Source: Lama guanicoe (taxonomy: Eukaryota). From it: 64,000 bases of DNA. The translations under genes and the position numbers were made by a program. Position 1 is the stretch's first letter; the number at the start of each line of letters is the position of its first letter. Below, in pieces: positions 52,780 to 64,000 of this stretch. The notes beneath the pieces were generated by a model that searched no databases, had not been told where the DNA came from, and saw nothing but the letters and a program-made list of their open reading frames with translations. The stretch spans positions 124,001-188,000 of the forward strand of contig MU053083.1 in assembly GCA_013239625.1 (NCBI GenBank). Reading direction: 5' to 3'.

Positions 52780-55270
52780 CAGGCCTGTGCTGCTTTGGTC
52801 CCTTTCTCAACAGCATCTCAAAGACGCTTCTCTCAGCAAAGCTGGACAAACTCTTGGTCCTTCTCACTTCCTAGGAATTGAAGGGAGTGGAGGAGCCATT
52901 AGTAAAGAAACCTAGGGCTGCAGGTTGGGGACAAAAGGTCTGTTCCACCTGCTAGCCAATGCTCCAGGTCCCTCTGGCCAAGGACACTGCCCTTTATTTC
53001 CTTTAGTAAAAACACGGCAGATGCAAAGGCCCAGAGCCTAGGGAGTCTGGTGTCACACAGCCTCTGAGCTGCTAGTAACAGACTGCAGGCCCCACCAAGG
53101 TGCTGAGCCCTGCCTGGCCCCTGCCAGATGAGGACACAGGGAGAGATGGCTGGGGACCCAGTGTGGAGCAGCAGAGAAGATGGGGCTGCAGTCGTACTCC
53201 CCACACTTCGCCGTCATGGACACGGAGCCCAAGGGCTCCTCATCTTCACTCTGGACCCTGTGTTTATGTGAGAGCCCCCAGCTGCCCCCAACCTTTCCCC
53301 TGCCGGCAAAGCGAGGGCTTCCGGGAGCTGCCTGTCCTCTCCCCTCCACGCTTTCCTGGACAGCGGCTGATGCTGGGGCCATAACCAGTGAGGTCTGAGG
53401 GCTGCGGGCGCAGCTAGGACACAGAGCGCAGGCGGGGTCGGGGGAGGGCTGTGTCCTGTGCCCTAGCTGTACTTCCCCAGGGACAGGCACGCTGCCTGGG
53501 ACGCCACCTCCACCTCGGTGCCTCCAGTGCAAGAACCTCAGTAAAGAAACAAGGTGGACATAATACTTTTCAGAACACGGCCAGTGGAAGAAGACAAGGC
53601 CCCATCTGCCAAGCTCTGCAACATCCGCTGTCCCCGCAGTTCTGCCCTGTCCCAACAAGTTAGCACAAAGGAAAGTAATGAGACAGGGTCCTCCAAAGCC
53701 ACGCTTTGGTTCCATCTTGGCACAGTCAACATGCAGACACACTCAAGAGGCCTGAAGCTGTTATAGAAGCAAGGGGCTCCAGCAGAAGTAAAAGCTAGAT
53801 TTGTGCTTTGAACATGCCAGAGCCTTTTAGAAACACAAGACAAGATAAAATCAGAAACTGCAGAATGAGGGAACACATTGATACCAAGAGCAAAGAGCAA
53901 GCTATGCTGGCTATTAACATACACACACACACAGAGCTGTTCCTCACGCTGCACTTCTAGTTTGCAAAGAGAAGTGAAGTTCCCAGGAGCCAAGGCCACA
54001 GCAGATGAAAACGAGCACACAGCTCAGCCGGCCTTTAGATTCGTACCTGGGCTGCCATGTGCCTGGAGCTGGGAAACAAGGGTGTGTGGGAGCCGGGACC
54101 CCAGGCAAACTATCCCCCAGGGCTCTAAGTCTGCATCTTCAGGGAGAACCAGCAGCATCCACCAACTAAGCAGCATCCCAGCCTCGGTGTGGACCGACTA
54201 TATGCATCGAGCATTACCAAGTCTGCTTCTTGGTCTCCATAGGCAGCCCAGAGCCTGAGACCATGTGGATTTGCCCTGAGCAGAGACAGTCTGGCAAGTG
54301 GGAGAAATTCTGTTCCACATGGGTCTGTATGTCCATCATGGATGTGAGCTCCCAGATGTGGGCCTGAGCCCACCACTGTGTGGAGGAAACAAGACCTCCA
54401 TCTGGAAAGACAGTGGCTGAGTTGGGACAGACCAAGTTATGAAGGATACTGTGGTGTTTAGCCCCTTGGATCTTTCTAAGTGGCTGTTTTAGAACAAAAA
54501 GGAAGAAATCTTTACATGGGTGCAAAGCAACTCCAGCAGCTTTTCTCCAGAACACAGAACAGGGTAAAAATAGAAATGTTTCAAAAATGTTAAGTATAAA
54601 GAGACAAAAAAAACACTTTAAGTTGTAGTACACAGCTTTATAACTATGTTTAAAAAGACACATGCAGAAAAAAGATAATTCCATTAAAATGCTAATAGTG
54701 TTCCTATTAAGATGGTGAAACTGTGAAATACATGCAGTGGAATACTATGCAGCAGTGAAAACAAACTACTATAGACATATGGACAAATCTCACAGGTTCA
54801 TATCTTTGAAAAAAGACATCAAACTGCATACTATGTGATTCCATTTGTATGATGTTCAAAAAATAGGCAAAACAAATCCATGATGACAGAGGTCAGAACG
54901 TGGTTATCTTTGAAGGGAGTATCTCCTGAAATGGACATGAGGGCATGTACTAGGGCTTTGGGAACCTTCTATATTTTAATGGGGGTGGCGGTAACACAGA
55001 TGTGCACATGCAAAAGTTCACTGAGCTCTATACTTAATGGCTTGTGTTCTTTACTGTATTTGCTATACATATTTTTAAAATACTATCAATGCTGTATATA
55101 AGTGGTGAGGTGGGTGACTTTTCTCTTTTTTTCCTACTTTCCAAATATTTATAACATGTTTCTGTTTCTTGCACTATCAAAAAATGCCATATTTTAAAAG
55201 AAATATGTTTAAGAAACATATAGGTAAGTATACATCAGATAGAATCAGAATAGGTTATTAAAGTAAACCA

Positions 55271-55569
55271 GACAGAAACAGATTCAAAGATGCAGTAAAC
55301 AGTCTTATGGTTATTGGGGAAAGGGGCTGGGAAGGGATAAATTTGGGAGTTTGAGATTTATAAATGTTAGCCACTATACATTAAAATAGATTTTTAAAAA
55401 AGTTTCTGCTGTATAGCGTAAGCAACTATGTTCAATATCTTGTAATAACCGTTAGTGAAAAAGAATATGAAAACGAATATATGTATGTATATGTAGGACT
55501 GGGACATTGTGCCGTACACCAGAAACTGACACATTGTAACTGACGGTACTTCAATAATAAATAAATAAA
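55271..55569 (+). mobile_element. Young L1 3'-UTR insertion
   Basis: TSD TAAAGTAAACCA (55259-55270, 55570-55581); closely similar to 3' UTRs at 12740-13449 and 38425-38705. Confidence 0.88.
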
Positions 55570-57349
55570 TAAAGTAAACCAAGGGTATTTGAAGTAATAT
55601 TTGGGGAGACTGTGGGTTAGCATCCTTTCCACAGCACACACGTCTGTATCCCCTCATTTGAATAGAATTGTTTCTGGATGGATCATAGACCTGATAGGAT
55701 GGATTCATGACACAGCCATTTGTGCCATTTTTCAAAATGATGAAGACCACCCCCTTGGAAGTGGGCACCGTGGAATTTCCAGAAATGCTGGGTCACAGCT
55801 GAGGGGCCTTAAGAAATCTAAGAAAAGGCGAGCTGAACAAGGGCAGCCAGCACGTTCACAGTTATCCAAATCTCAAATTATTATGGCCTACACCTGAAAC
55901 TAGTATAGTGTTCTAGGTCAGCTACATGCTCAACTTTTTTTTAAGTAAAAAAACACATTTTTAAAAAGTCAGCACAGTGAACTCCACACCCTTGGCTGAA
56001 ATTCAGAGTGCCAAGGGAGGGGGACATGTGAAACTGCCTGGGCCTTGTGTTTATACCTTAGGGTGAATATATTTCCTGAGCAGTAATACTGCCCCTTTCT
56101 GAGAAAAAGTGGTTACAGGAGGTTCCATGCTATGTATTGAGTGACCCAGGCAGGCCACAGCTGATGGACCAGAAATTGGCACCAAAGCAGCCATTTGTCG
56201 GCCAGCCAAACACCCTGCTCAAACCCCATCACCAGACGTGAGCTGAGTCTCTGTTTCCTGCTCCATGGAAGAAGGGAACTAACACACAGGAGTTACCTTC
56301 CCATCCATCTTGCTCCCCTCATCCACCTCTGGGGCTGGGGCTGCATGGATTCCAGGCTCTTCCTTCCAGCCTAGCTCTCTGGCCAGTCCCTGTGGGTCTT
56401 GCCTGGTGCGGCTTGCTCTCAACCACCCAGCCCACGTGTGCCAGGGAGACTCAGAACACCTGGGCGACCCATGTGCTGGTCCACAGCAGAATTCTCAGTG
56501 ACCGCCGTCACTAACAGCGTAACTGTCCTGGGAAGATGGGGAATTCTGGTTAATAGAGAAACCACAACCATGTTTCAAATCGAAGCTATCAGGAATGGTA
56601 AGATAAACACTATTTCATGTGTCCCTGAGACAGAAACCCAAATAGAGGGTCTCTTAGAGACATCCCAGGGCCCAGTGCACCGGTGACAAGTGATGACCCC
56701 GCCTCATGGTGGGGACAGCAAGGAGACTTCAAGTTTACGCCGGCACGGAGTGGAGTGAAGGGAAGGAAGTCTGAATATTTGAACCACATGCTGCTCCTCA
56801 CGCAGGCTTGCAGTCTGAATTCACACTACATGTGTGGTCCAAGAAACAACCCTGAAGCCAAGACTCTAAAGTGGTCCCCAGGTACCCAACAGAAGTGATT
56901 GCAGCCCTCTCTGGAAAAGCCTGCCTTTAATTAAGTAAGATACATCCCAGCTTCAGAGACACTAAACAGAATGAGCATCGGAGAATCAATGAACTAGCGT
57001 GGCTCTAATTTTATAAAGCGTCAGAAAGTAATAAAATGTACTGAAAATCAGAATTGCTTGAGTGTGTCTGAACACGTCTGACCATCAGCAGCCCCGGGTC
57101 CTCCAGGGCTCTCAGTGGCCTTATCATGAGCAGCAGACACCTGTGCAGGTAGGAAGCAGGGAGGGCCGTTCTCTCCTTGAATAGATGCAACAGAATTCCT
57201 TCTGTGTGTCTAATTTCCAGCCAGAGGCTGGCAGAGGTGAGACAAAGCAAATGGCACAAGGAAAAGACAAGTGCTGAAAACAACTGAACAGGGAGGGGAG
57301 GGCAAGGTGGGAGCACGACACACAGTTCTGCTCCCTAGGCCGAGGCAGA

Positions 57350-57377
57350 GGGGCGGGATGCCGGAAGCGCGCATGTG
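57350..57377 (+). promoter_or_regulatory. Promoter-like motif cluster (GC box, ETS, NRF1-like)
   Basis: GGGGCGGG 57350-57357, CCGGAAG 57361-57367, GCGCGCATGTG 57367-57377. Confidence 0.45.
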
Positions 57378-58849
57378 TAAGCATCAAGTCCACGGGCACA
57401 TCCCTCGGTACTTCTGAAAGGGGCTCCTTTGCCTCTCATACAGGTAGGGGACATATCCTATTCGAGAACCCATGGTAAGAGCCCCGAAATAATTAAATGC
57501 AAGACGGGAGAGAATCATACACTATCTGGTCTGGACTACAGGAGACAGTCACATTGAGAACTAAGGAAGTGTTTGCTTTTTTTTTTTTTTCCCTTATCTT
57601 ACTTGCAGAGAGATTTGCAGAGAGGAGATGGGCTCTGAGATGGGCCTCAAAGGATTAGAGCAGTGCCTGATGTCCACTGTCACTAAATCTTTATCCCCTA
57701 CTTGGGATGCTATGCCCAACACTGCAGCTGAAGGCTTCTTAGCCCAGCCCTCTACCATACCCTTGCTCCAGGCGAGGGCTCATTCTGAGCCTTCCCACAA
57801 TGCTCCCAGGCTGCCCCACCTGCAGCCACCTCCTCCAGGCTCCAGGCTGGGAGAATCTCCTATGGCTAAAGTGCCTGCCCTGGGGAGAACAAGGGAAGGA
57901 AGCAGAAGCTCCCGGACACACAGGCCAGGTGATGGATGGCTGCGTGCTCACGGGGGCACCCAGGCCCCTCAGGAGCCAGCTCCAGGGCTCTATCTCCAAC
58001 AGTGAATCCAACCCTCCAAGTCCTGCACATCTGCCAGGCCTCATTCCCCAGATACTTAGTGAGAATCTTCAAGTAACGATAAAAACAGGGAGAAGGAGGG
58101 TAATTATCAGTAACATTCCTATGAGTTTAGTTAATTCTAAAGGAAGAAAAATTTAACAGTGCATACAGATGCAGAGCCTAAGATCTGCCCGGAGGGGCGC
58201 GTTAGAGACCCCCATTGGCAGTCCACACTGGAATCCCATCATTAGAAGCCTGGAGGGCCTAACCTCTATCCTATCTGGAACCCTGAGACCCAGAGAGGGA
58301 AATGGTTTGCCCAAGATCACCGCTTCCACCAACAGCTGAGCTGGCAGAAAGCAGTTGCCCTGGCTTGCTGGCTGAAGCAGGATGGTCTGCCATTCCAGAG
58401 GTCAAGGTTTTATCTTTCTCTTTATGGTGTTTTATCTTTCTCTTGATGTTTTGCAAATTCTCAAAGCTCATCCCCTGACCTTCCAGAATGCTTTTTACAG
58501 CTGAGCAAGATAAGCTGAAATAGAGCCCCAGACGTCCCTAAAAGGCATCTAAGGAGACGTCACTCCTGAAACCTCCCAGGACTCTCCTCCAAAAATGTTC
58601 CAACTTTGGACACCCCTCTCCCAAAACATCCTGACTCGGGACTTGTGGCACTAAGAGCTTTAACAAGGTCTGTCTACCGCAGTGTAGGCCTGGTCCTGCT
58701 CTTCCCAGAAAAGTCAGCCCCATTTCTACCAAGCCCAGGAGAACCTAAGCTTCCGTGGATGTCTCTCTGTGGTAGCTAAGCAGAGATGTCACATTCATGT
58801 CACCAGGGTTGTCCAGAACAGCTGTGTTAAGAGTTGCTCAGCAGCAGCC

Positions 58850-59355
58850 CCCAGCCCCACGGCGCCCCGAGTCGAGTTGGGAGAGTGGTTGCCTGTATCA
58901 CCAAACCATCTCCTGCGGGGAGGAGCGAAGAGTGCGGGAGGGACGCGGGTGAAGACAGAACGGGGAGAGGAACACTGGGTCGTGGGTTTCCTGGCTGGAG
59001 ATGGGGGAGGAAGACAAACGGCGGAGAAAAGGGGATGCGGAAGGGGCAGCCGAGGGCAGACTCGGCGGGCGGAGGGGGGAGGAGAAGCCCCCTGCCCCCT
59101 GCCTCCCCCAGGCGCACAAGGAGACAAGTGGAGACTGGCTGGCCTCGGGCCACACTGCTCACCCCGGGAAACCTGAGCCCCCGCCGCCGCCCCGCCGCTA
59201 CCGCCACTGCCCGGAGGGGCTCCAGCCGGACGGAGCGGGGCGCGGGCGCTGGGCCGTAGCCAGGGCTCGCGGAGCCTCCCCTGCCTGCCCCAGCGCTTCA
59301 CTCAGACCTCCGTCACTTCCCACTGGCAACGTCTTATCACTTCCACCCTAGCGCT
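58850..59355 (-). promoter_or_regulatory. Orphan CpG island, possible minus-strand promoter/first exon
   Basis: CpG-dense core 59170-59300; GGAAGTGACG (minus, 59311-59320), second GGAAGTG 59338-59344; donor GG|GTGAGC at 59162. Confidence 0.55.
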
Positions 59356-62300
59356 TCATTGTCCTGGAGCCTCAAACCACAAAGAAGGAGAAAAACTGGG
59401 AGTTGACCAAGTGTGTCCCCCCAGGAGGCCTACCACCATCAGATGGTCTGAACCACTCTCTCCCTTTACCCATGACAGACTCCCATCTGACCCATACCGG
59501 GTCATTTTCACCTTGAAAATAATGGCACAGCTGGAATGCTGGCCTCCTAGCCCCCCTGACCCCACTGGGGCTGTTCCACCCTGCTCTGTTCTTAAGCCTG
59601 CACCATCTCTCATTCTTGTGCACTGTTCTCAGCATTGATCCACTGCCTGTTCTTTTGATCCAGCACCCCACCCCGCCCCCTGCAGCTACAGCGATACTGT
59701 ACTGCACCTGAGGCCTGCCTCGGAGCACATATACACATTAAGCATCTGTTTGGAGCCCCAGGGGCCGTAATCCAAAGATTCTTTTCAACGGCAGAATTCC
59801 AGGCACTTGGATGACAACATTTTGGTCGACAAAGACTCCCCTTTCGATCCTCCTGCCCCAGCACAGGGCTGCCCCAGTGACCAGAAACCACAAGAACAGA
59901 GCCTCTCACCTCTTTTCCGGTGTCCTTCTCCATGGGCCACTGGCCAACAGGACAGTGAAGGTCCCCCGAGATGTGAGCGGGTCAGGGTTGGGGATGGACC
60001 TGTCTGGCCGGAGCTGAGAGCTTGCCAGCCTGTCCAGGGGAGGCCGCTCAGTCTCCCCCACCTCCACGTCAGAAAGCCTGTGAGTTTTCTTAACAGCGTT
60101 CTTAGCCAGCAACACAGCTGACCCGAATCAGACTTCAATCCGCAAGAGGGGGCTGTGGGAGCTTGAGGAGAGCTGGAGTACGCCCCCGCCCCTGCACCCA
60201 GCACCTGCTTCCCGACCTTGTCAGGCCCTGATTTCTAAAGTGGCACCTCCCTCAGCTGCCCTCAATGGGCTGACTCCCCCCACCCCACCCTCCCAGCATG
60301 CCAGAGAGGCACCTGAGGAGGAAGCGGCTTCAAAGGCGAAGGAGAAAGAAAACAGAGGTTTGCATTAAAATAACAGCTGGCAATTTTTGAAGCCCTCAGA
60401 GCTCCTACCGCTAGATGGGACAGGTACTATTATCAGCAACCTCCTTTTCAAATGAAGAACAAGAGACATACAGAGTGGAAGGGACTTGCCCAAACTCACA
60501 GAGCTCATCGGTGGTGGAGGTAGGATTTGAACACACAGCCAGACTGGCACCAAGCTACTGTTGCCACTAGACCCTTGCACCTGGCGCAGTGACCTCCCTG
60601 ACTCCAGTCCCGGATCCATCCCAGACAGACTGTCTCTGGGAGGACGCTAAACCCTCCCTCCGCCCCAGAGCCTCCGTGAACCAGCTGACATGAAGGTCAG
60701 TTCCATCTCTGGCCAGCCCGTAAGCTGCTTACAGCTGGAGGCCAGCACGTGCTCATTGAGACCTGAAGGCCTGGGCTTCCCAGCCAAGCCTGATCCCAAC
60801 TAAGCCAGGCTGTTGTTAAATCCTGTGTGCGCAGCTGGTCCACACTGCCTCCGCTGACACCTCCCCTAACCCTGCAGCACTCTTGGGCTGAAATATGGGC
60901 TGGGGTTCCCCAGCAAAGTAAGTCTGGAAAATACCAAATTAAATTAAAGTTCTAGGCTTCTCAGAGCCTTTGAAAAGAGAAGTACTCACTGGTCATTGTT
61001 AAGAGGATGAGGTAGTATGCAGATTCAGAGGCCTGCCAAAGAGATATGACCAGGGAACAAACCCTTTATCATTGAGTATCTTAAGGGAACCCACTTTGAG
61101 AAACACTTTCTAGAGCAACATAATTAGTCCTGTTCCTACAGAGAGGCTCTCTCTAGTACCATCAACTGTGTATAGTAAGGAAGCATCGCAAGGATGGCGT
61201 AAATCTCCTAAGACTGCATACCGTAATATCCCCAGCAAGTTCAACCCAATCCCCCCACTACCTTCTCCCCTGGAGCTGATCTGCCCAAACTTGTTTACAA
61301 TTTGTGGGCAAATTTACATTCTGAAAACCACCCTAGATCAGCCAGCTGAAGAAACGATTAAGTCAGGCTTCCAGACAAGAAGTGAAATCATCCCGCTGGG
61401 AAGTTCTAAGTTGATTTTAATGGACTTGGGGGCAGGGGATGCTGTGAAAACACTGGCTCCGTGCCTTCCGGCTCCTGAATAATAAGAAAATGCTGTCCAT
61501 TGTACAGATTGCAGGATGCCTCCACATCCATTTCTGTCTTTGATCCTCGAAATAGCTCTGTATAGTGCTTAGGACAAATATTGCTGCCATTTGCTGGTTC
61601 TAGAAACTGAAGCCCAGAGAGGGTAAGTGATCTCTCCAAGGTCACACAGCCATTTGTGGGTATACCTGGAAGCACTTTGAAGCTGGGTCCAGGGCTCATT
61701 CACGGGCCCCATACCCAGTTTCTTTTGTTGTGGTATTTCCTTCAAGAGGGTCTAAGCAAATGTGTTCTTTTTGAAGATGGACACTGCGAATAATACTTAC
61801 TCAGGCTAAGGGTGCTTCCCTGCACCCACTACCTGTGCAAGGTCAAGGATCCATCTGGAAGCCACAGGTCATGCAAGCTCATGACTCCCTCTTCCAGGAG
61901 CTGCCCACTCAGTCACATGAGACCAGGGGGCCCACAACCTCACACAACTTCCACATTTGCCGAATCCTCTACCTGCACGAGGAGTGCTCTGGGTCGGGAG
62001 TAGAGAGCCCGGGTCTGACTCCAGCTTCAGCCCTGCCCAAGCCATTGCATCACTCCCTGAACTTCTGCTTCCTCTGCCTGGGCCAGGTAAGTAACCTCAC
62101 CCTGCCTGCTTGGCAGGTCTGTGTGAGGAGCACAGGGAGACTGTCTGGGGCTGTGGGCTTCCTGTCTGAACCTCAGGATGGCTTCTTCCCAGCCTCTTGG
62201 AGGGTGTAATTGCAGGTTTCTGTTCTAGATGTCTCAAAACCAGCAACAGTGGGCCTAAGGGACTTTGAGGCGCTTTTCCCTGATGTTGGAGTGGAACCAA

Positions 62301-63579
62301 GCCCTAGATGTGGGAGCTGGACCAGCTGGAGTGGGCGGGGGCTGACTCCACTCCAAGGAGCATCTCCTCTGTGTCCTCATGTGCCATCAGACAGGGCCCA
62401 GAGGGACTTAAGGGGAGGAATGTGAACGCGATGCAAGAATTAGAGGCCAGAAGTAAGGGCTGCTCACTGCCGCTCAGCCCTCAGCCACCCCAGCCAATAC
62501 ACACAATCCACCCAGCGGACACTGTCACCCTATCCCATGGTTGCCACCACATCCTTCCTGAACTGACGCTTGTGGGTGCTAGATGCATTCTGCATGCACT
62601 TGGCCCGAGTCCTGGCTGCCTCTGATGAACTGTGGTCACCCTGCACCCCAGTATGTCTATTTGCATGATTTAGATTTCTAAGGAGGTATGGGCACCTGCT
62701 CAGTGTAATTTAGGGGCAGAGTCAGAGATGACCTGAAGCTGATTCTCCAGCCTCCCTTAGAACAAGTGGGCCTATGAAGAGATGGTACAGATGGAAGCCA
62801 ATGGAACTCTCTCCAAGCAACCCTGGGGCTCAAGTTGCAGGGCTGAGGACACAGTATGATTCAGGGCAGAGAGAGAAACAGCTTCCCTTCCCACTCAGGA
62901 CATCGGTGTGGCTCTGTACTCTAGCATATGGAACGGGGCACAATTCAGGGGACCATCTCTCACCAAAAGCCTACCTTTACCCCGCCTTAGGCTTTACTAC
63001 TTGGAGCAATAATGGATTAGCTCAGTGTCCCCAAGTGTTATCTGCAGAGTACAGGTCCTTAAGATGCCAACACAGGGTCAGTAAAAGGGGTTCCATGGTA
63101 AACGGAGTTTGGGAAAGATAAACAGGTATCCTGGCCACAGGACTTCTCAGAGCCTTAAATATGATATGTTTATAGACCCGACAAGGAGGATGTAGCAGGC
63201 AGCTGTAGTGCAGAGCATTCCACAATATCACTGTCACCTAGAAAATATTTTGAGAAAAGCTAAACTGACCAAAGGCCACAAATAAAATACACACACGTTC
63301 CCTTTCCTATTAGTGTAGGACCTGGATTAGTTTCTTCTATTACAGAGCTTCCACTTAAGGGATGGAACTTTCATGAGGCCAGCAGAGTCCTGGAGGGCAG
63401 GAGCAAGAAGAAGATGGTCAAGGGGTGTCATAGTCCTGGCTTGAGCCAGCACTGACTGCAGTATGCTGTGATGGTGCGTCTTGCTTTGTTCAGGGGGGAA
63501 TCTGCAAGGCAAAGACCTGGGACCTCAATGGATTCCTCTTACCGTTTACTGCCCAGCCCACCACCTGCAAGTCCCGCTG

Positions 63580-64000
63580 GCCATCCCTCCACATCACATC
63601 CTGGGCCAGACCTCTTCCCTCCCCCTCCACTGTCATGTTAGCCAAGCCACCCGGACATGCAGCAGCCTCCCAAGTGGTCTCCTGGCTTCTGCTTCTGCTG
63701 CCCTAGAGGTCAAATCAAATCCCTGCTTCAGACTCTCCATCACATTCAGAGAAACATCCCAAGCACTTCCCTGGCTTAAAACGCTCTGCCTGCCTGCCAG
63801 CCACACCCCTACCAGCTCCTCCCCACCTACTACACGTTGCCTTTCTTCCTACTAACCAGACACACCAAGCTCAGCCCAGCCCAGACCTCAGCCAGGCTGC
63901 TCCCTGGCCCAGCCCACTCCCCTTCTTTGTCCATCTAGCTTCTCCTCATTTGAGTCTTAGCTGGGAAATCAAGACCATCCTTGATTTGCCCACCTGCCAC
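63580..64000 (+). mobile_element. L2 remnant
   Basis: TGCAGCAGCCTCCCAAGTGGTCTCCTGGCTTC and CACTTCCCTGGCTTAAAAC L2-type motifs. Confidence 0.55.

Noticed and set aside
53053..53742. 229-aa ORF
   Set aside because: No recognisable domain; long frames in several phases reflect GC richness; not testable without a search
58769..59351. Multiple overlapping 85-168 aa ORFs
   Set aside because: Stop-poor CpG island, low-complexity translations on both strands

Overview
Mammalian (eukaryotic, intron-rich) genomic DNA, probably camelid judging from the short tRNA-derived SINEs and young L1 3' ends (inference). In order it holds: (i) the last two coding exons and ~3.7-kb 3' UTR of MYO5B (+); (ii) a ~15-kb intergenic block of nested L1/ERV/Tigger elements with one 170-N assembly gap; (iii) a CpG island shared head-to-head by the compound box C/D scaRNA SCARNA17 (mgU12-22/U4-8, with U91; minus strand, missed by the ORF track) and ACAA2; (iv) the complete 10-exon ACAA2 gene (397-aa mitochondrial 3-ketoacyl-CoA thiolase, all splice phases checked); (v) ~14 kb downstream with two unexplained promoter-like patches (57.35 kb and 59.2 kb). 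I found no convincing new biological system. The most remarkable element, SCARNA17, is already known. The best undescribed candidates are the convergent promoter-like pair and possible spliced mini-gene at 57.3-59.4 kb. Repeat family names come from recognition by eye and their boundaries are approximate unless a TSD is cited.
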